Source: an uncultured Acidobacteriaceae bacterium
Lineage (GTDB): Bacteria > Acidobacteriota > Terriglobia > Terriglobales > Acidobacteriaceae
Reading direction: 5' to 3'
DNA: 54,582 bases
Assembly (NCBI GenBank): GCA_964453815.1
Contig: CAYVSQ010000372.1
Span: forward strand, 1-54,582
Both the position numbers and the translations under genes were made by a program. Positions 26,178 through 37,130 of the stretch are shown here, piece by piece. The notes below the pieces were generated by a model. The model saw only the letters and a list, made by a program, of their open reading frames with translations. It did not search any database and was not told the DNA's origin. Each line of letters opens with the position of its first letter. The stretch's first letter is position 1.

Positions 26178-27830
26178 CTAAAAACGTGCCAAATATTGAT
26201 GCATAAACTGCACGGCGATCGATCCCTCGCCGACGGCGGAGGCCACACGCTTTACCGAGCCGTGCCTTATGTCGCCCGCCACAAAAACCCCTGGCAAGCT
26301 CGTTTCGAGCAGGAAGGGCTCCCGGTCTTCCTTCCAGCTGCGCGGTAACTTGCTTTCCACCTTGAGGTCCGGACCGGAGAGAACAAAACCGTTCGGATCG
26401 CGCATGACATCTTCCGGCAGCCAACCGGTCGTCGGCGCCGCTCCTATGAATACAAATAATGATGAAGCCGAGCGTACTTGCTCCCCGCTGGATGTCCGGA
26501 TTTTCAGGCACTCGAGCCGGCTCTCCCCCATGGCCTCAACCACCTGTGCGCGCATCTCCACCGTTATATTGGATGTTTGAGCGATCTGATCGATCAAATA
26601 TTTCGACATGGTCTTTTCGAGCGATTCAGCGCGAACCAGCATCGTTACCTGACCGGCGTACTTTGAAAAATGCATGGCCGCCTGCCCCGCCGAATTTGCG
26701 CCTCCGACGATATAGACGTGCTCGTCTTTACAGGAGCGGGCTTCGACGAGGGCAGCCCCATAGTAGACGCCCAACCCCGTGAGCCGCTCGATTCCCGGAG
26801 CGTCAAGACGTCGGTAGTTGACACCAATCGCGATCAAGCACACGCGGCAGGACACCTCGCGGCCGTCGCCCAGGCGGACCAGCCGGTATTGGTTTTCCGT
26901 ACGAATGCCGGTCGCGCATTGCGTAAGGAATTCGGCCTTGAAGCGCGATGCCTGTACATAGGCACGCCGGGCAAGATCCGCTCCGCTCAGCCCAGATGGG
27001 AAGCCGAGATAGTTCTCAATGCGAGAACTCGATCCAGCCTGTCCACCAGGCGCCTCCGGCTCGATCACCAGCGTGCGCAAGCCTTCGGATGCGCCATACA
27101 CGGCAGCCCCCAGTCCCGCCGGCCCCGCTCCAATCACCACCATGTCATAAAAATCGCTGGCCGCGTGGGTACTCAGCCCAACTCTCTCCGCCAGTGCCTG
27201 TTGGGTGGGCTGTACGAGCGACGATCCGTCGGGAAAGAGCACGGCCGGTAAATGGTGATCATCAAGCTTGTAACGAGTCAGAAGATCGAAGGCCTCGCCG
27301 TCCCGCTCCGGATCGAGCCACACGTAAGGAACCTGATTGCGGGACAGAAAATCGCGCACTTGGTGATCCTGCAATGACCAACGCGGACCTACCACCCTAA
27401 GACCTTCAAAAGGTGCGCGATAGCCTTCATTCCATGCCTCTAGCAGGTCGTCCAATACCGGATAGAGCTGCTCTTCAGGCGGATCCCAGGGTTTGGTCAG
27501 GTAGTAGTGGATTTTAGCTGCGTTGATAGCTCTGATCGCGGCCTCTGTATCGGCGTAGGCGGTCAGCAAGGCCCGCTTGGCGTCCGGGTAGATTTTCTGC
27601 GTCTTCTCCAGAAAGTCCACACCCGACATTCCCGGCATGCGTTGATCGGAGAGAAATAGCGCGACTGCATCGCCCCGCTGCTCGAGTTGAAGGCATGTGT
27701 CGAGGGCCGCTTGTCCAGAACCTGCACGCAGGATGCGGTATCCCGCGCCATACTTCCGGCGCAAATCCTGGATGACGGCCTCAAGAACGCTGACGTCGTC
27801 GTCTACGGCGAGAATGACTGGCTTCCCCAT
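26178..27830 (-). CDS. Response-regulator receiver fused to a thioredoxin-reductase-like flavoprotein
   Basis: VDDD, LSDQRMPG and LTKPW receiver motifs; GAGPAG, IENYLGFP, GGANSAGQ, GVFVAGD and AVGEG TrxB motifs. Confidence 0.93.
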   Translation of the reverse strand: MGKPVILAVDDDVSVLEAVIQDLRRKYGAGYRILRAGSGQAALDTCLQLEQRGDAVALFLSDQRMPGMSGVDFLEKTQKIYPDAKRALLTAYADTEAAIRAINAAKIHYYLTKPWDPPEEQLYPVLDDLLEAWNEGYRAPFEGLRVVGPRWSLQDHQVRDFLSRNQVPYVWLDPERDGEAFDLLTRYKLDDHHLPAVLFPDGSSLVQPTQQALAERVGLSTHAASDFYDMVVIGAGPAGLGAAVYGASEGLRTLVIEPEAPGGQAGSSSRIENYLGFPSGLSGADLARRAYVQASRFKAEFLTQCATGIRTENQYRLVRLGDGREVSCRVCLIAIGVNYRRLDAPGIERLTGLGVYYGAALVEARSCKDEHVYIVGGANSAGQAAMHFSKYAGQVTMLVRAESLEKTMSKYLIDQIAQTSNITVEMRAQVVEAMGESRLECLKIRTSSGEQVRSASSLFVFIGAAPTTGWLPEDVMRDPNGFVLSGPDLKVESKLPRSWKEDREPFLLETSLPGVFVAGDIRHGSVKRVASAVGEGSIAVQFMHQYLARF

Positions 27831-27989
27831 TGACCCAGTGTATTACCAGTCTGGGGTCGAACGGGTAAACGCGATCTCCTGTCCCCGTCAAGGAAAACAA
27901 TGTTAGCGTTCAGGGTATTTTTTTCTTTCAAACTTCATGATTCTCGGTTAGCCTGTTTGCATATTTACCAAGCACCATAATGTTCTTAG

Positions 27990-28016
27990 TCATAACTTTA
28001 TACAACGAAGTTATGA
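27990..28016. promoter_or_regulatory. Perfect 9-bp inverted repeat TCATAACTT-N9-AAGTTATGA in a divergent promoter region
   Basis: Seen directly; a related half-site GTCATAAGTT lies at 28071-28080. Confidence 0.5.
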
Positions 28017-28187
28017 TTTGGTACTCAGAGTGTCTATTTCAGATACACCGAGTATGCAGGATTGCCTTGAGTCATAAGTTGTGTATGCGGAAATGTCGCG
28101 CTTGCCATGTAATCGATCATTTGAGCGAACTTTGCGCGCTCGCCGCGCCGAGTCTCGGTTTTGGTGAAAAAGGATGGCACGGAGAGT

Positions 28188-28844
28188 ATGAATAAGATAA
28201 TTCTGGCAGACAATCAGGCGATATTCCGCGCAGGAACGGCGAGAGTTCTAACCATGGAGGATGACTTCCGCATCATCGCGCAGTGCGGCGACGCGGAACG
28301 CCTTTATCAAGTTTTGGAAGCATTCAGAGGAGCGACGTTATTGTTCGCGTCCGCGCTAAACCTAAACATACATCAGCTCGTGGAGCGCGTTCGCTCCCAG
28401 GGCAGCCTTTGTATCGTGATTGCCGAAAATAGCGAGTCTACAAGCGCTTATCTCTCCGCAGGCGTGCATGGCGCTGCACATCGCTCGGTGAGCGGTCCAG
28501 CGCTGATCGACTGCGCCCGCCGTGTCGTCCGTGGCGAGCGCGGCGTGCAGATGGCTGGATCGGGAACAGCAGCCCAGGAAGAAGACCAGGTGGGCGCGCG
28601 GGTTCGAGATCGCCTCACCCCCAAGGAAATGAAGATCGTCGCGCTCATTGTGCAGGGCTGCAAGAACAAGGAAATCGCTATGCGCCTGACTACGACTGAG
28701 CAGGTTATCAAGAACTATTTACGTAGTATCTACGACAAGACCGGAGTTTCCGACCGGCTGGAACTTGCGCTGTTCACTATTCACCATCGCATGCTGGCCG
28801 AGGCTGCGGCGGCGGCTGGAGACCTGATCATGCAAGCTAATTAA
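28188..28844 (+). CDS. NarL/LuxR-family response regulator with an atypical receiver
   Basis: IILADNQAIFRAG; LTPKE...GCKNKEIA...VIKNYLRSIYDKTGV HTH; GGAGAG RBS. Confidence 0.9.
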   Translation: MNKIILADNQAIFRAGTARVLTMEDDFRIIAQCGDAERLYQVLEAFRGATLLFASALNLNIHQLVERVRSQGSLCIVIAENSESTSAYLSAGVHGAAHRSVSGPALIDCARRVVRGERGVQMAGSGTAAQEEDQVGARVRDRLTPKEMKIVALIVQGCKNKEIAMRLTTTEQVIKNYLRSIYDKTGVSDRLELALFTIHHRMLAEAAAAAGDLIMQAN

Positions 28845-29269
28845 GCCGAATAACCGTGGCTTCGAACCGTCCTCGCCTGGAGCAGGGTGTCTAATATCTG
28901 CACGAGCTCGCGAGGATCCGCAGGCTTTTCCAGATATATGTCCGCCATCGGCTCCGCGGCCTGAAATGCCTCGGCAACATATCCAGACACAACCACTACG
29001 GGGGCAGTCGAATGCGCCTTTGCCGCTTCGACGATGGCGCGGCCACGTTCGTGGCCCAATCGCCAATCTGTCACCACGGCATCAAAAGCGACTCGCTCAA
29101 TTTCTCGAATCGCATCCTCGGCAGAAATGCAGGTCGTTACTTCGTAACCTGCCTGTTCCAGTATTTTTCGTTTTAGCGAGACGACGTCTGGATCGTCATC
29201 CACGCACAGGATCTTTGCCAACAACTGTCTCCACGGACTCGGCCTATTGTGCGCAAGTCTTTGGCTCAT
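28841..29269 (-). CDS. Single-domain response regulator (CheY-like); true start may be downstream
   Basis: ILCVDDD, VVTDWRL, VVSG and YLEKP motifs. Confidence 0.88.
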   Translation of the reverse strand: MSQRLAHNRPSPWRQLLAKILCVDDDPDVVSLKRKILEQAGYEVTTCISAEDAIREIERVAFDAVVTDWRLGHERGRAIVEAAKAHSTAPVVVVSGYVAEAFQAAEPMADIYLEKPADPRELVQILDTLLQARTVRSHGYSA

Positions 29270-29308
29270 GTCAAATGCCCGGAATTGAACACTGCCAAGC
29301 GTACATTT

Positions 29309-30910
29309 CTAGGACGGCCGTATTTTCTCCGCAACGGATTTAGCCTGAGTAAATAAGTAAAGATAGTCTGGACCACCCGCCTTCGAATCGGTTCCGGACA
29401 TATTGAAGCCGCCGAAGGGATGCGCTCCGACCATCGCGCCCGTGCACTTGCGGTTGAGGTAGAGATTCCCCACATGATATTCGTGGCGCGCGCGATCGAG
29501 CTTCTCGTGGTCTCTTGAATAGACCGCGCCAGTCAGTCCGAATTCAGTATTGTTCGCGATCGCTAGCGCGTCGTCGTAATCGCGCGCTTTCAGAATTGCC
29601 AGAACGGGGCCGAAGATCTCTTCCTGGGAAATGCGAGCGCCGGGAGCAACATCGGCAATTACCGTAGGCTGGAGGAAGTAACCTTTTTCGGGGGTTTCCA
29701 CCGTCTCACCGCCCGCAATCAACCGTCCTTCCTTCTTTCCAACGGCTATGTAATCCAGAATCGTCTTGAGCGCGCTCTCATTTACAACCGGACCCATATT
29801 TGGATTCGTCGACGGATCACCCACCGTCAGTTTCGCCACACGTTCGCGAACGCGCTCGACAAACACATCGTAGAGCGGCTCCTCGATAATCGCGCGGGAG
29901 CACGCCGAGCACTTCTGGCCGCTAAAACCAAAGGCCGCCGCGACCGTGCCCTCCACTGCCTGATCCAGATCGGCGTCGGCGGAGACGACAATCGAGTCTT
30001 TGCCGCCCATCTCCAGAACCGTGCGCTTAATCCATATCTGGCCGGGCTGGGTCTTCGCCGCCCGCTCGTGAATATCGAGTCCTACTTCCTTTGAGCCGGT
30101 GAAGGCGATAAAGCGCGTCCTGGGATGCTCGACGACCGCATTGCCAAACGTGGCACCCGAGCCAGGGCAAAAGTTCACCACGCCCGGCGGCATCCCAGCC
30201 TCTTCCAGCACATCCACAAATCGGGCGGCGATGGTCGGCGAGTCGCTCGACGGCTTGAGAACGACGGTGTTGCCGGTAACAATGGCCGCAGCCGTCATGC
30301 CCGCCATAATGGCAAAGGGAAAATTCCACGGCGGGATCACCGCGCCGACGCCCAGAGGAATGTAGATCAGCTGGTTGCGCTCGCCTGGATATTGGATGGG
30401 CGTGGTAGCTCCGGCAAGGCGCAATGCCTCACGTGCATAAAACTCGAGGAAATCGATGGTCTCGGCTACATCGGCGTCGGCTTCTACCCAGTTCTTGCCG
30501 ACTTCATAGGTGAGCCACGCACAGAACTCGAACTTGCGGGCGCGAATGATCTGCGCCGCGCTCAGCAGCAGGGAGACGCGCTCTTCGACAGGAACGAACT
30601 GCCAGGTAGCGAAGGCGCGGAGAGCAGCCTGCACGGCCTGCTCGGCATGCTCTGCGCCCGCCTTCTGGTGAAGACCCACAATCTGCGCAGGCCGAGCCGG
30701 GTTGCGTGACTCGATCTTGCCCGCAGTCCGCAGACGTTCGCCTCCAATGATTAGCTCATACTCGTGGCCAAGCATGTCGCCCACGTGCGTGAGCGCCTCT
30801 TTCATCGCATGGACATTTTCGTGCCTAGAGAAATCGATGAAGGGTTCGTTCTTAAACTCGCCTTGCGGAGAGCGGGGCAGGATGACGGTAGAGACTTCGG
30901 CGGTAGCCAT
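29309..30910 (-). CDS. pruA: 1-pyrroline-5-carboxylate (L-glutamate gamma-semialdehyde) dehydrogenase
   Basis: FKNEPF; PPWNFP; FTGS; LEMGGKD; GQKCSACSR; EEIFGP; [20 protein letters not shown]. Confidence 0.93.
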   Translation of the reverse strand: MATAEVSTVILPRSPQGEFKNEPFIDFSRHENVHAMKEALTHVGDMLGHEYELIIGGERLRTAGKIESRNPARPAQIVGLHQKAGAEHAEQAVQAALRAFATWQFVPVEERVSLLLSAAQIIRARKFEFCAWLTYEVGKNWVEADADVAETIDFLEFYAREALRLAGATTPIQYPGERNQLIYIPLGVGAVIPPWNFPFAIMAGMTAAAIVTGNTVVLKPSSDSPTIAARFVDVLEEAGMPPGVVNFCPGSGATFGNAVVEHPRTRFIAFTGSKEVGLDIHERAAKTQPGQIWIKRTVLEMGGKDSIVVSADADLDQAVEGTVAAAFGFSGQKCSACSRAIIEEPLYDVFVERVRERVAKLTVGDPSTNPNMGPVVNESALKTILDYIAVGKKEGRLIAGGETVETPEKGYFLQPTVIADVAPGARISQEEIFGPVLAILKARDYDDALAIANNTEFGLTGAVYSRDHEKLDRARHEYHVGNLYLNRKCTGAMVGAHPFGGFNMSGTDSKAGGPDYLYLFTQAKSVAEKIRPS

Positions 30911-31003
30911 AACTATCCAGTTTATCCCGTTTTTGGTGTTCGCGTTCTGAGAAGGCGTCGCCTGCTATCTCAAACGGGCGCCTGGGGCCCTGGGCTGCTG
31001 GAT

Positions 31004-34000
31004 CTACCCCCCCGCCGTAATTCGTTCGGTCTGGAGAGACATCTTGGCAGTGCGCTGAATCTTATCCCAAGCGAATGGGCGCCCATCGATCGCGCGCTTC
31101 AGAGTCTTGAACAGCACGATGGAAAAAATCTGCCGGTATGCGAAGCGCTGAAGCCAGATGTGGAAGAGCAGCCATTTATCTCCCTTGTTGGCTGGATGGC
31201 GGCGTTCGAGCGAGAAAGCCAGCGTCGAGGTAACAAAGTCGATAATCAGGAACGCAAGGAAGTATGTCAGCAGCTTCTCGAAGCTCGCGGCGCTGGCAGC
31301 CTCCGGATGGAAATGACGGTCGATGAGGAAATGAATGACGCCTGCGATGAACATCAGATCGATGAACGGCGAGACGAGCGGCAGCAAAATTTGGAAAATA
31401 AGGATGTTGGGCAACGCAAATAGCCCCATTGCCGGATTCCTGCGAAAGGCCTGCTTGTGCTTGAATACAGCCTGCAGAGTTCCGAACGACCAGCGGAAGC
31501 GTTGGCGCATCAACCCTCGTGCGTTCACGGGCGCTTCGGTAAAAGCCAGCGCTTGGTCTTCGTAGATCACCTTGTAGCCTTGCTCCAGCAGATTCATCGT
31601 GAGATCTGCGTCTTCGGCGACGGTGTTGATCGGATAGCTCCCGCCGCGAAGAACCGCGCCCGTGCGCCACGCACCGATTGCTCCGGGAACAACCGTGACC
31701 ACGTTAAACAAATCCAGCGCGCGACGTTCAAAGTTCTGGCTGGTGATGTATTCCAGCGCCTGCCAGCGCGTCCAGGTGTTCACACGATTGCCGACTTTTG
31801 CGTTTCCGGCCACGGCGCCAACTCGCTCATCGGCAAAATGGACTACCAGTTTCGAGACCGCATCCGGCGCGATAACCGTGTCAGCGTCGATGCCGACATA
31901 TATTTCTTCGTCCAGGTGTTGCAGGGCAAAATTGAGCGCCTCGGCTTTGCCCGCATTCGGCTTAGTGAGCACCGTCAGTTTGCCAGTGGAAAGTTCCCCC
32001 CGATACGCTCCACGCGCCACCTCAAAGGTGTCATCCGTAGATCCGTCGTCGATTACGATGACGCGGATATTCTTGTAGTCGGAATTGAGCACCGAGCGAA
32101 TCGTGCGGACAATTACCGACTCTTCGTTGTATGCCGGAATGAGCACCGCAACCTGCGGAGCGTATTCACCCAGCGGAACGCGGCGGCGGCGCAAACGAGC
32201 AATCAGAGCCAGAATGCCCACCAGGATCAGCCTTCCGCTCATTAGCACATCGCCCAGGAAGAAGACATCTACAACGAAATGGCTGAAGAAGGACAGGAAG
32301 AAAAAGGCAACCGAGTCTATACGCGCCTGCCAGCGCATCCGGGGTGAGATGGGCGGCATGACTTCAGCAGTGGTCCTGCCCATAAGTTCTGACACCGGCA
32401 CCAGGTCGTAGCCCCTGGCACGGAGTGTCGTAATCAGCAGAGGCAACGCGGCGACAGTCGCCGAGCGATCACCGCCCCCGTCGTGCAGTAGGATGATGCT
32501 GCCCCGAAACCACGGCTTGTCCTTCATGACCGCCAGCTGTGCGAGCACATTGTCAGTGATTTCCTGCGGTGTCTTGCGCGGATGCTCGTTCCAGTCGTCG
32601 GTATCGATCTTGTTACCGATAATGGTATAGCCCATCTGCTGGATACGATCGGCGGGGGCGGCCTGATCATTCGTGTCCGGCTCCTGATCGATCGAGTACG
32701 GCGGACGGAAGTAGAGCGGCTGGACGCCGAGCCTGGAAGCGAAGAGCCGCTCAGTAAGATTCAGCTGCCACTCAATCTGACGGTCAGATATTTCGCTGAT
32801 GTCAGGATGCGTGTACGTGTGGTTGCCGATCTCGTGGCCTTCGCGCACGTAACGCTTTAACAAACCGGCGTTGTCCTGCGCTTGCTCGCCAATCACCATA
32901 AACGTGGCTTTCACGTTGTACTGCTTCAGCACATCAAGAACCTTTGGCGTCCAGTTGGGATCCGGGCCGTCGTCAAAGGTCAACGCAAGCTTATTGGGCT
33001 GGTAGCCGTATTGCTGGATAACATACGACCGCGGCAAGGCCTCCATGCGCTCATCGGTGATCGTAAAGTTATCGGCATCCATGTCGATCGCCCGGCTGCC
33101 GGCCTGCGGACGCGCTATGACGCGCAGGATGTCGCCCTCGCCTTCCGTATCAACGTCGTTGCCCGGAGGAACTACCGTAAGCTGGTGAGGCGCCTCCTTC
33201 GCGCTCGGGTGATCCCACACTGACCACAGTGATCCATCCTCGATGCCCAGGCGCCACAATGCGAATGTGCTTATCCCCATCTGGCGCGAGGCACGCAATT
33301 CGTTGAGTGCGGTCACGCCATCGAGAAACCACACCTGGTGACGCATCTGTGCGTCCTCGTCGTCATAGGCAAAGTGCGCGTTCAATTCGTCGCCTGCGAG
33401 ACGGACATCAGCGTCAGCGTCGGAAGCTCGCTGCCAGGCCTCCTGCACACTGAGATCATCCACGTTCGCTACGTGATCCGAAGGCTTCTGGCCCTTTTTC
33501 GGGAGAGGAACTGCCCAGTCGTATCCATAGCTGCCCATCCCGCAGATCAGCTTCTGCTTGGGAACGGCCTTCAGAGCGCGTCTCAGGTTGTTTTCGAACC
33601 AGTCCTGAGCGGCAATCGGACCCGGTCCACTCTGCTCTTCATGCTGGTCGTAGTTCATCAGGATGACGCCATCGCTGTTCTTGGCAAGAGCCTTCATCAC
33701 CCAATCGTCAGCGCTAGCCTCTACATCCACGTAAATACGCAGATTCTTCGCATGGAGGTCGCTGTAAAGCTCACCAACCCATTCGGTATACAGCTTCAGA
33801 TCTGAGTCCGGAACCTGTTCGAAGTCTAAGCAAATGCCGTGATAGTTTAGGTTTGCGGCCAGAAATTTGTCGATCTGATGATGCAGATTTTCTCGCGCAG
33901 CCGGACTCTTCAGCATCTTTCCGATCGTGTCGCCATGCCACTGGGAATCAGCAGGGTTATAGTCGTTGAGCATGGGGAAGACTTCGGTGTCTTCCTTGGC

Positions 34001-34504
34001 AGCCACAATCACACGCTGAACCTTGTTCTGGGGATCCACGCCGTGAACCCCTGATTTGTCTACCACCTTATAAAGGTTGACCGGATAAAGCGACGTCGAG
34101 GCTATCAGGTCGCCGTTCGGCGCAAACACGTGCAGCCAGTCGGGAAAGAGCAGATCGATCTGATGAATGTGCGCCTTGAGTGACGAATAGCTCGCTTCAT
34201 CGTTCGTATAGAAGGCCGCACGCAGCCCTTCATCTCCGTTTAGAGGAATTTCCGAAGGCCGGCGATGGGTCTTCCGGCGCGCAGGGCGAGGTGCGCTCTT
34301 CTTGAGAGGATCACCCGCAGGGTCCTTGAGCGCCTTATAATTCCGCTTCTGCGTGGGGAGCAACAGCTCGGGCAGCGTTTGGCGCTTCACAACACTAAAG
34401 AAGAAAATGACCAGCACGACCGTCGAGACAACGCCGAGAGCGTCCATGATGCGGCGCAGACGCTTCCATCGCTTACGTTGTGGGTCGTAGAAAATTTGCT
34501 TCAT
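31004..34504 (-). CDS. GH18-like + polysaccharide deacetylase + GT2 (IcaA/PgaC-like) trifunctional membrane protein
   Basis: GICLDFE and MNYDQH (GH18); LTFDDGP, GNHTYTH, FRPPY and LLHDGGG (CE4); PAYNE, DDGS, DAD, AEDAD and QRFRW (processive GT2). Confidence 0.92.
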   Translation of the reverse strand: MKQIFYDPQRKRWKRLRRIMDALGVVSTVVLVIFFFSVVKRQTLPELLLPTQKRNYKALKDPAGDPLKKSAPRPARRKTHRRPSEIPLNGDEGLRAAFYTNDEASYSSLKAHIHQIDLLFPDWLHVFAPNGDLIASTSLYPVNLYKVVDKSGVHGVDPQNKVQRVIVAAKEDTEVFPMLNDYNPADSQWHGDTIGKMLKSPAARENLHHQIDKFLAANLNYHGICLDFEQVPDSDLKLYTEWVGELYSDLHAKNLRIYVDVEASADDWVMKALAKNSDGVILMNYDQHEEQSGPGPIAAQDWFENNLRRALKAVPKQKLICGMGSYGYDWAVPLPKKGQKPSDHVANVDDLSVQEAWQRASDADADVRLAGDELNAHFAYDDEDAQMRHQVWFLDGVTALNELRASRQMGISTFALWRLGIEDGSLWSVWDHPSAKEAPHQLTVVPPGNDVDTEGEGDILRVIARPQAGSRAIDMDADNFTITDERMEALPRSYVIQQYGYQPNKLALTFDDGPDPNWTPKVLDVLKQYNVKATFMVIGEQAQDNAGLLKRYVREGHEIGNHTYTHPDISEISDRQIEWQLNLTERLFASRLGVQPLYFRPPYSIDQEPDTNDQAAPADRIQQMGYTIIGNKIDTDDWNEHPRKTPQEITDNVLAQLAVMKDKPWFRGSIILLHDGGGDRSATVAALPLLITTLRARGYDLVPVSELMGRTTAEVMPPISPRMRWQARIDSVAFFFLSFFSHFVVDVFFLGDVLMSGRLILVGILALIARLRRRRVPLGEYAPQVAVLIPAYNEESVIVRTIRSVLNSDYKNIRVIVIDDGSTDDTFEVARGAYRGELSTGKLTVLTKPNAGKAEALNFALQHLDEEIYVGIDADTVIAPDAVSKLVVHFADERVGAVAGNAKVGNRVNTWTRWQALEYITSQNFERRALDLFNVVTVVPGAIGAWRTGAVLRGGSYPINTVAEDADLTMNLLEQGYKVIYEDQALAFTEAPVNARGLMRQRFRWSFGTLQAVFKHKQAFRRNPAMGLFALPNILIFQILLPLVSPFIDLMFIAGVIHFLIDRHFHPEAASAASFEKLLTYFLAFLIIDFVTSTLAFSLERRHPANKGDKWLLFHIWLQRFAYRQIFSIVLFKTLKRAIDGRPFAWDKIQRTAKMSLQTERITAGG

Positions 34505-34653
34505 AGGGCTGTTATTTTTAAACCCAGGTTACGGCACAAAGTTATTCCTTTATCCTTGGCTTTAAGGCAATACTTTAGTGCTAGCTTCCAGTTTACGTTA
34601 GTTTAGGGTGCGTGTTTTCTAGATTCTTTCCGCCCCCTGTATGATTCATCTTC

Positions 34654-36033
34654 ATGCGCGTTGCGCTACCCCGAAAGTGGTGGATTGGGATCGTGGCACT
34701 CGTCGCAGGCGCTGCGCTGCGGCTCTGGTTTATCCACGCTTACCCCGAAGTTCAAGGCGATCCGCTCGTCTACGGCAGCATCGCGAAAAACTGGATGCTG
34801 CATGGCGTCTATGGATCGACGACCAGCGGAGAGCTCCGTCCCACGCTCATCCGTCTGCCCGGATATCCGCAGTTCCTTGCCTTATGCTTCAAGCTTTTCG
34901 GCATGGAACACTACCACGCGGTCATGTTCCTGCAGACCGTCGTCGACCTAGCATCCTGCATCCTGATCGCGGCATTCACGCGGCGCATCTGGAATCGAAG
35001 AGCCGCATGGTGGGCGCTCTGGCTCGCTGTCCTCTGCCCGTTCACGGCAAACTACGCCGCTGCTCCTCTCACGGAAACGCTCGAGATCTTCTGGATCTCC
35101 GTTGCCTTTTATGCCCTGTCCCGCTTTCTCCAAGCCGACGAGGAGTCTCCTCAATGGAGGTGGGCGCTGCTCCAGGCCCTGGCCTGGAGTTACGCCGCTC
35201 TGCTTCGCCCCGATGGCGCGCTTCTTGCCGTCGCGTTGTGCCCCGCCATGGCGTGGTACGGACGCAAGCGCTGGGGCGCAAAACGCATAACGCGGTATGC
35301 CGCTGTGGCAGCCGTGCTTTCGGTGCTTCCTTTCATTCCATGGACCATGCGCAACTGGCGCACCTTCCACGTTTTTCAGCCGCTCGCCCCGCGCTACGCC
35401 ACAGACCCAGGCGAACCCACCAATCCCGGCTTCAATCGCTGGACAAAGACCGTCTGCGTAGACCTCGCCTGTACCTGGGAAGTCTATTGGAACGCCGATA
35501 CCGACGTGATCGACATGGCCAAACTGCCGTCGCGCGCCTTTGATTCTCCGGCACAGTACGAGCAAACCCGGCAGCTGCTCGACGACTACAACAAGACTAT
35601 CTCCCTAACCCCTTCATTAGACGAGCGTTTCTCCCAGCTGGCAACAGATCGAATTCGCAGACACCCTCTTCGCTATTACCTGTCATTGCCGTTGGCGCGT
35701 CTCGCGGATATGTGGCTGCGGCCGCGAACCGAACTGCTCTGGATCGAGCTGCGCTGGTGGGATTATGACCATCACGAATCGGAGACTATCTTTGCCGCCG
35801 CCTACGCTGCGCTGAATCTTTTATATTTGATCGGCGCTGCCCTGGGCTTAAGACGCTGGCCGCCCCTGGCCGGGGCAATGGTAGCTTTCATTGTGCTGCG
35901 CAGTGCTCTTCTAGCGACCATTGAAGCGCCCGAGCCACGCTACACCCTGGAGTGTTTCCCGATACTCATCGCGCTAGCGGCAATCGCCATTGCAAGCGGC
36001 CAGCGCGAACCTGTCTCGATCTCTATTTCCTGA
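34654..36033 (+). CDS. GT-C fold glycosyltransferase (GT39/ArnT-like)
   Basis: Multi-TM; GD...Y; RLPGYP; LTETL; LLRPD; EPRY. Confidence 0.8.
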   Translation: MRVALPRKWWIGIVALVAGAALRLWFIHAYPEVQGDPLVYGSIAKNWMLHGVYGSTTSGELRPTLIRLPGYPQFLALCFKLFGMEHYHAVMFLQTVVDLASCILIAAFTRRIWNRRAAWWALWLAVLCPFTANYAAAPLTETLEIFWISVAFYALSRFLQADEESPQWRWALLQALAWSYAALLRPDGALLAVALCPAMAWYGRKRWGAKRITRYAAVAAVLSVLPFIPWTMRNWRTFHVFQPLAPRYATDPGEPTNPGFNRWTKTVCVDLACTWEVYWNADTDVIDMAKLPSRAFDSPAQYEQTRQLLDDYNKTISLTPSLDERFSQLATDRIRRHPLRYYLSLPLARLADMWLRPRTELLWIELRWWDYDHHESETIFAAAYAALNLLYLIGAALGLRRWPPLAGAMVAFIVLRSALLATIEAPEPRYTLECFPILIALAAIAIASGQREPVSISIS

Positions 36034-36709
36034 CCTTCGTCGTTCCCGGAGGAAGCATGAGCGCGAACGCACTCGCCGGAACGCTGTTCAGTCTGATATT
36101 TGAATAGACCGCTGTGCGCGAATCTCCGCTCTCCTGAAAGATCTGCTGTTTCAGAGATATAGCCCGCTTGGGATCGACCCACATGGTAATGTGAGTGAAT
36201 TCGTTCTTGCCTCCCGGCTGCTTTGGCGTCAGATCCAGCTTAGCCGTTTCCACGCCGTCGATCATCTCTGTTCCCTGATAGGCGATGTTCCAGTTGGCTG
36301 CCAGGTCTTTGCCGCTGCCGCCAAACCCCAGCGTCAGATACCGCTCAACGTTCGCCCCCGCATTCAGGATCGTCTCCTGCTTCAGGCTCGGCTGATAAAA
36401 GTCCAGTTCGCCACCCTTGTAGAGCACATCCTTCGGCGAGGGCTGATCGTTGTCGGTCTTGACGTGCGCTACCATCTCAGTCGTGTTGCCGGAACGCCGA
36501 AAGGCAATCGTTCCCTTTTGAAAATCATGGCTCTGCACAATTGCCGTGTACTGGTCCCACACAAAATCCGCCTGCGCACTCTGAAACTTCGCCGAAGCGG
36601 CGTCCATTTCGGCCAAGACCTTCTGTAGTTCGGCGTTCTGCGCCAGCGCCGCAAGAGGCGTGAAAATCAAAAGAGCCGCAACGATGCGCAGCTGAGTGAA
36701 TTTCTTCAT
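36023..36709 (-). CDS. LolA-like outer-membrane lipoprotein carrier/sorting protein
   Basis: Signal peptide; SAQADF, LDLTPK and ITMWVD LolA-fold pattern. Confidence 0.7.
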   Translation of the reverse strand: MKKFTQLRIVAALLIFTPLAALAQNAELQKVLAEMDAASAKFQSAQADFVWDQYTAIVQSHDFQKGTIAFRRSGNTTEMVAHVKTDNDQPSPKDVLYKGGELDFYQPSLKQETILNAGANVERYLTLGFGGSGKDLAANWNIAYQGTEMIDGVETAKLDLTPKQPGGKNEFTHITMWVDPKRAISLKQQIFQESGDSRTAVYSNIRLNSVPASAFALMLPPGTTKVRK

Positions 36710-36767
36710 ACGAGACTTACTTACTCCGTGAGATTAGGATGCGTGCCCAGGCGCAAATGCTCCGCAA

Positions 36768-37130
36768 TTAACGATGGGCCCACACTCGATAGACGGTAAT
36801 TTTTCCATGTGGCTCCTTTACTGCCTCAAAGCGATCGACGACCACCGGTCCTGAGATCGATTCGACGCTCTGTTGAAGCTGCTCCCCGAGTGATCTGTCC
36901 ACGTGAATCTGCACAGCAGGTATCTCATAAACGAAATTCTCTGAACCAGCGATTTTCACCAGCACATTTCCCGCAGCGAGCTTCTGTTCCTGCGGACGGT
37001 CTCCGTAGTTCCAGATTCTCGGCGTGAGGAAGATGAACGCCAGAATCAGCGTAACCATAACGTCGTAATGAAAGCTGCCGCGCTCGTAGGTCCAGAAAAA
37101 ATAGCTTCGCAAAATCCGTGACATGCTCAT
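36768..37130 (-). CDS. Small hypothetical membrane protein
   Basis: [28 protein letters not shown] with one TM; immediately follows serS. Confidence 0.75.
   Translation of the reverse strand: MSMSRILRSYFFWTYERGSFHYDVMVTLILAFIFLTPRIWNYGDRPQEQKLAAGNVLVKIAGSENFVYEIPAVQIHVDRSLGEQLQQSVESISGPVVVDRFEAVKEPHGKITVYRVWAHR

Noticed and set aside
27992-28014. loxP-like ends ATAACTT...CGAAGTTAT
   Set aside because: Only 23 bp versus 34 bp for loxP, the 13-bp arms are incomplete, and no tyrosine recombinase is nearby. Kept only as a palindrome.
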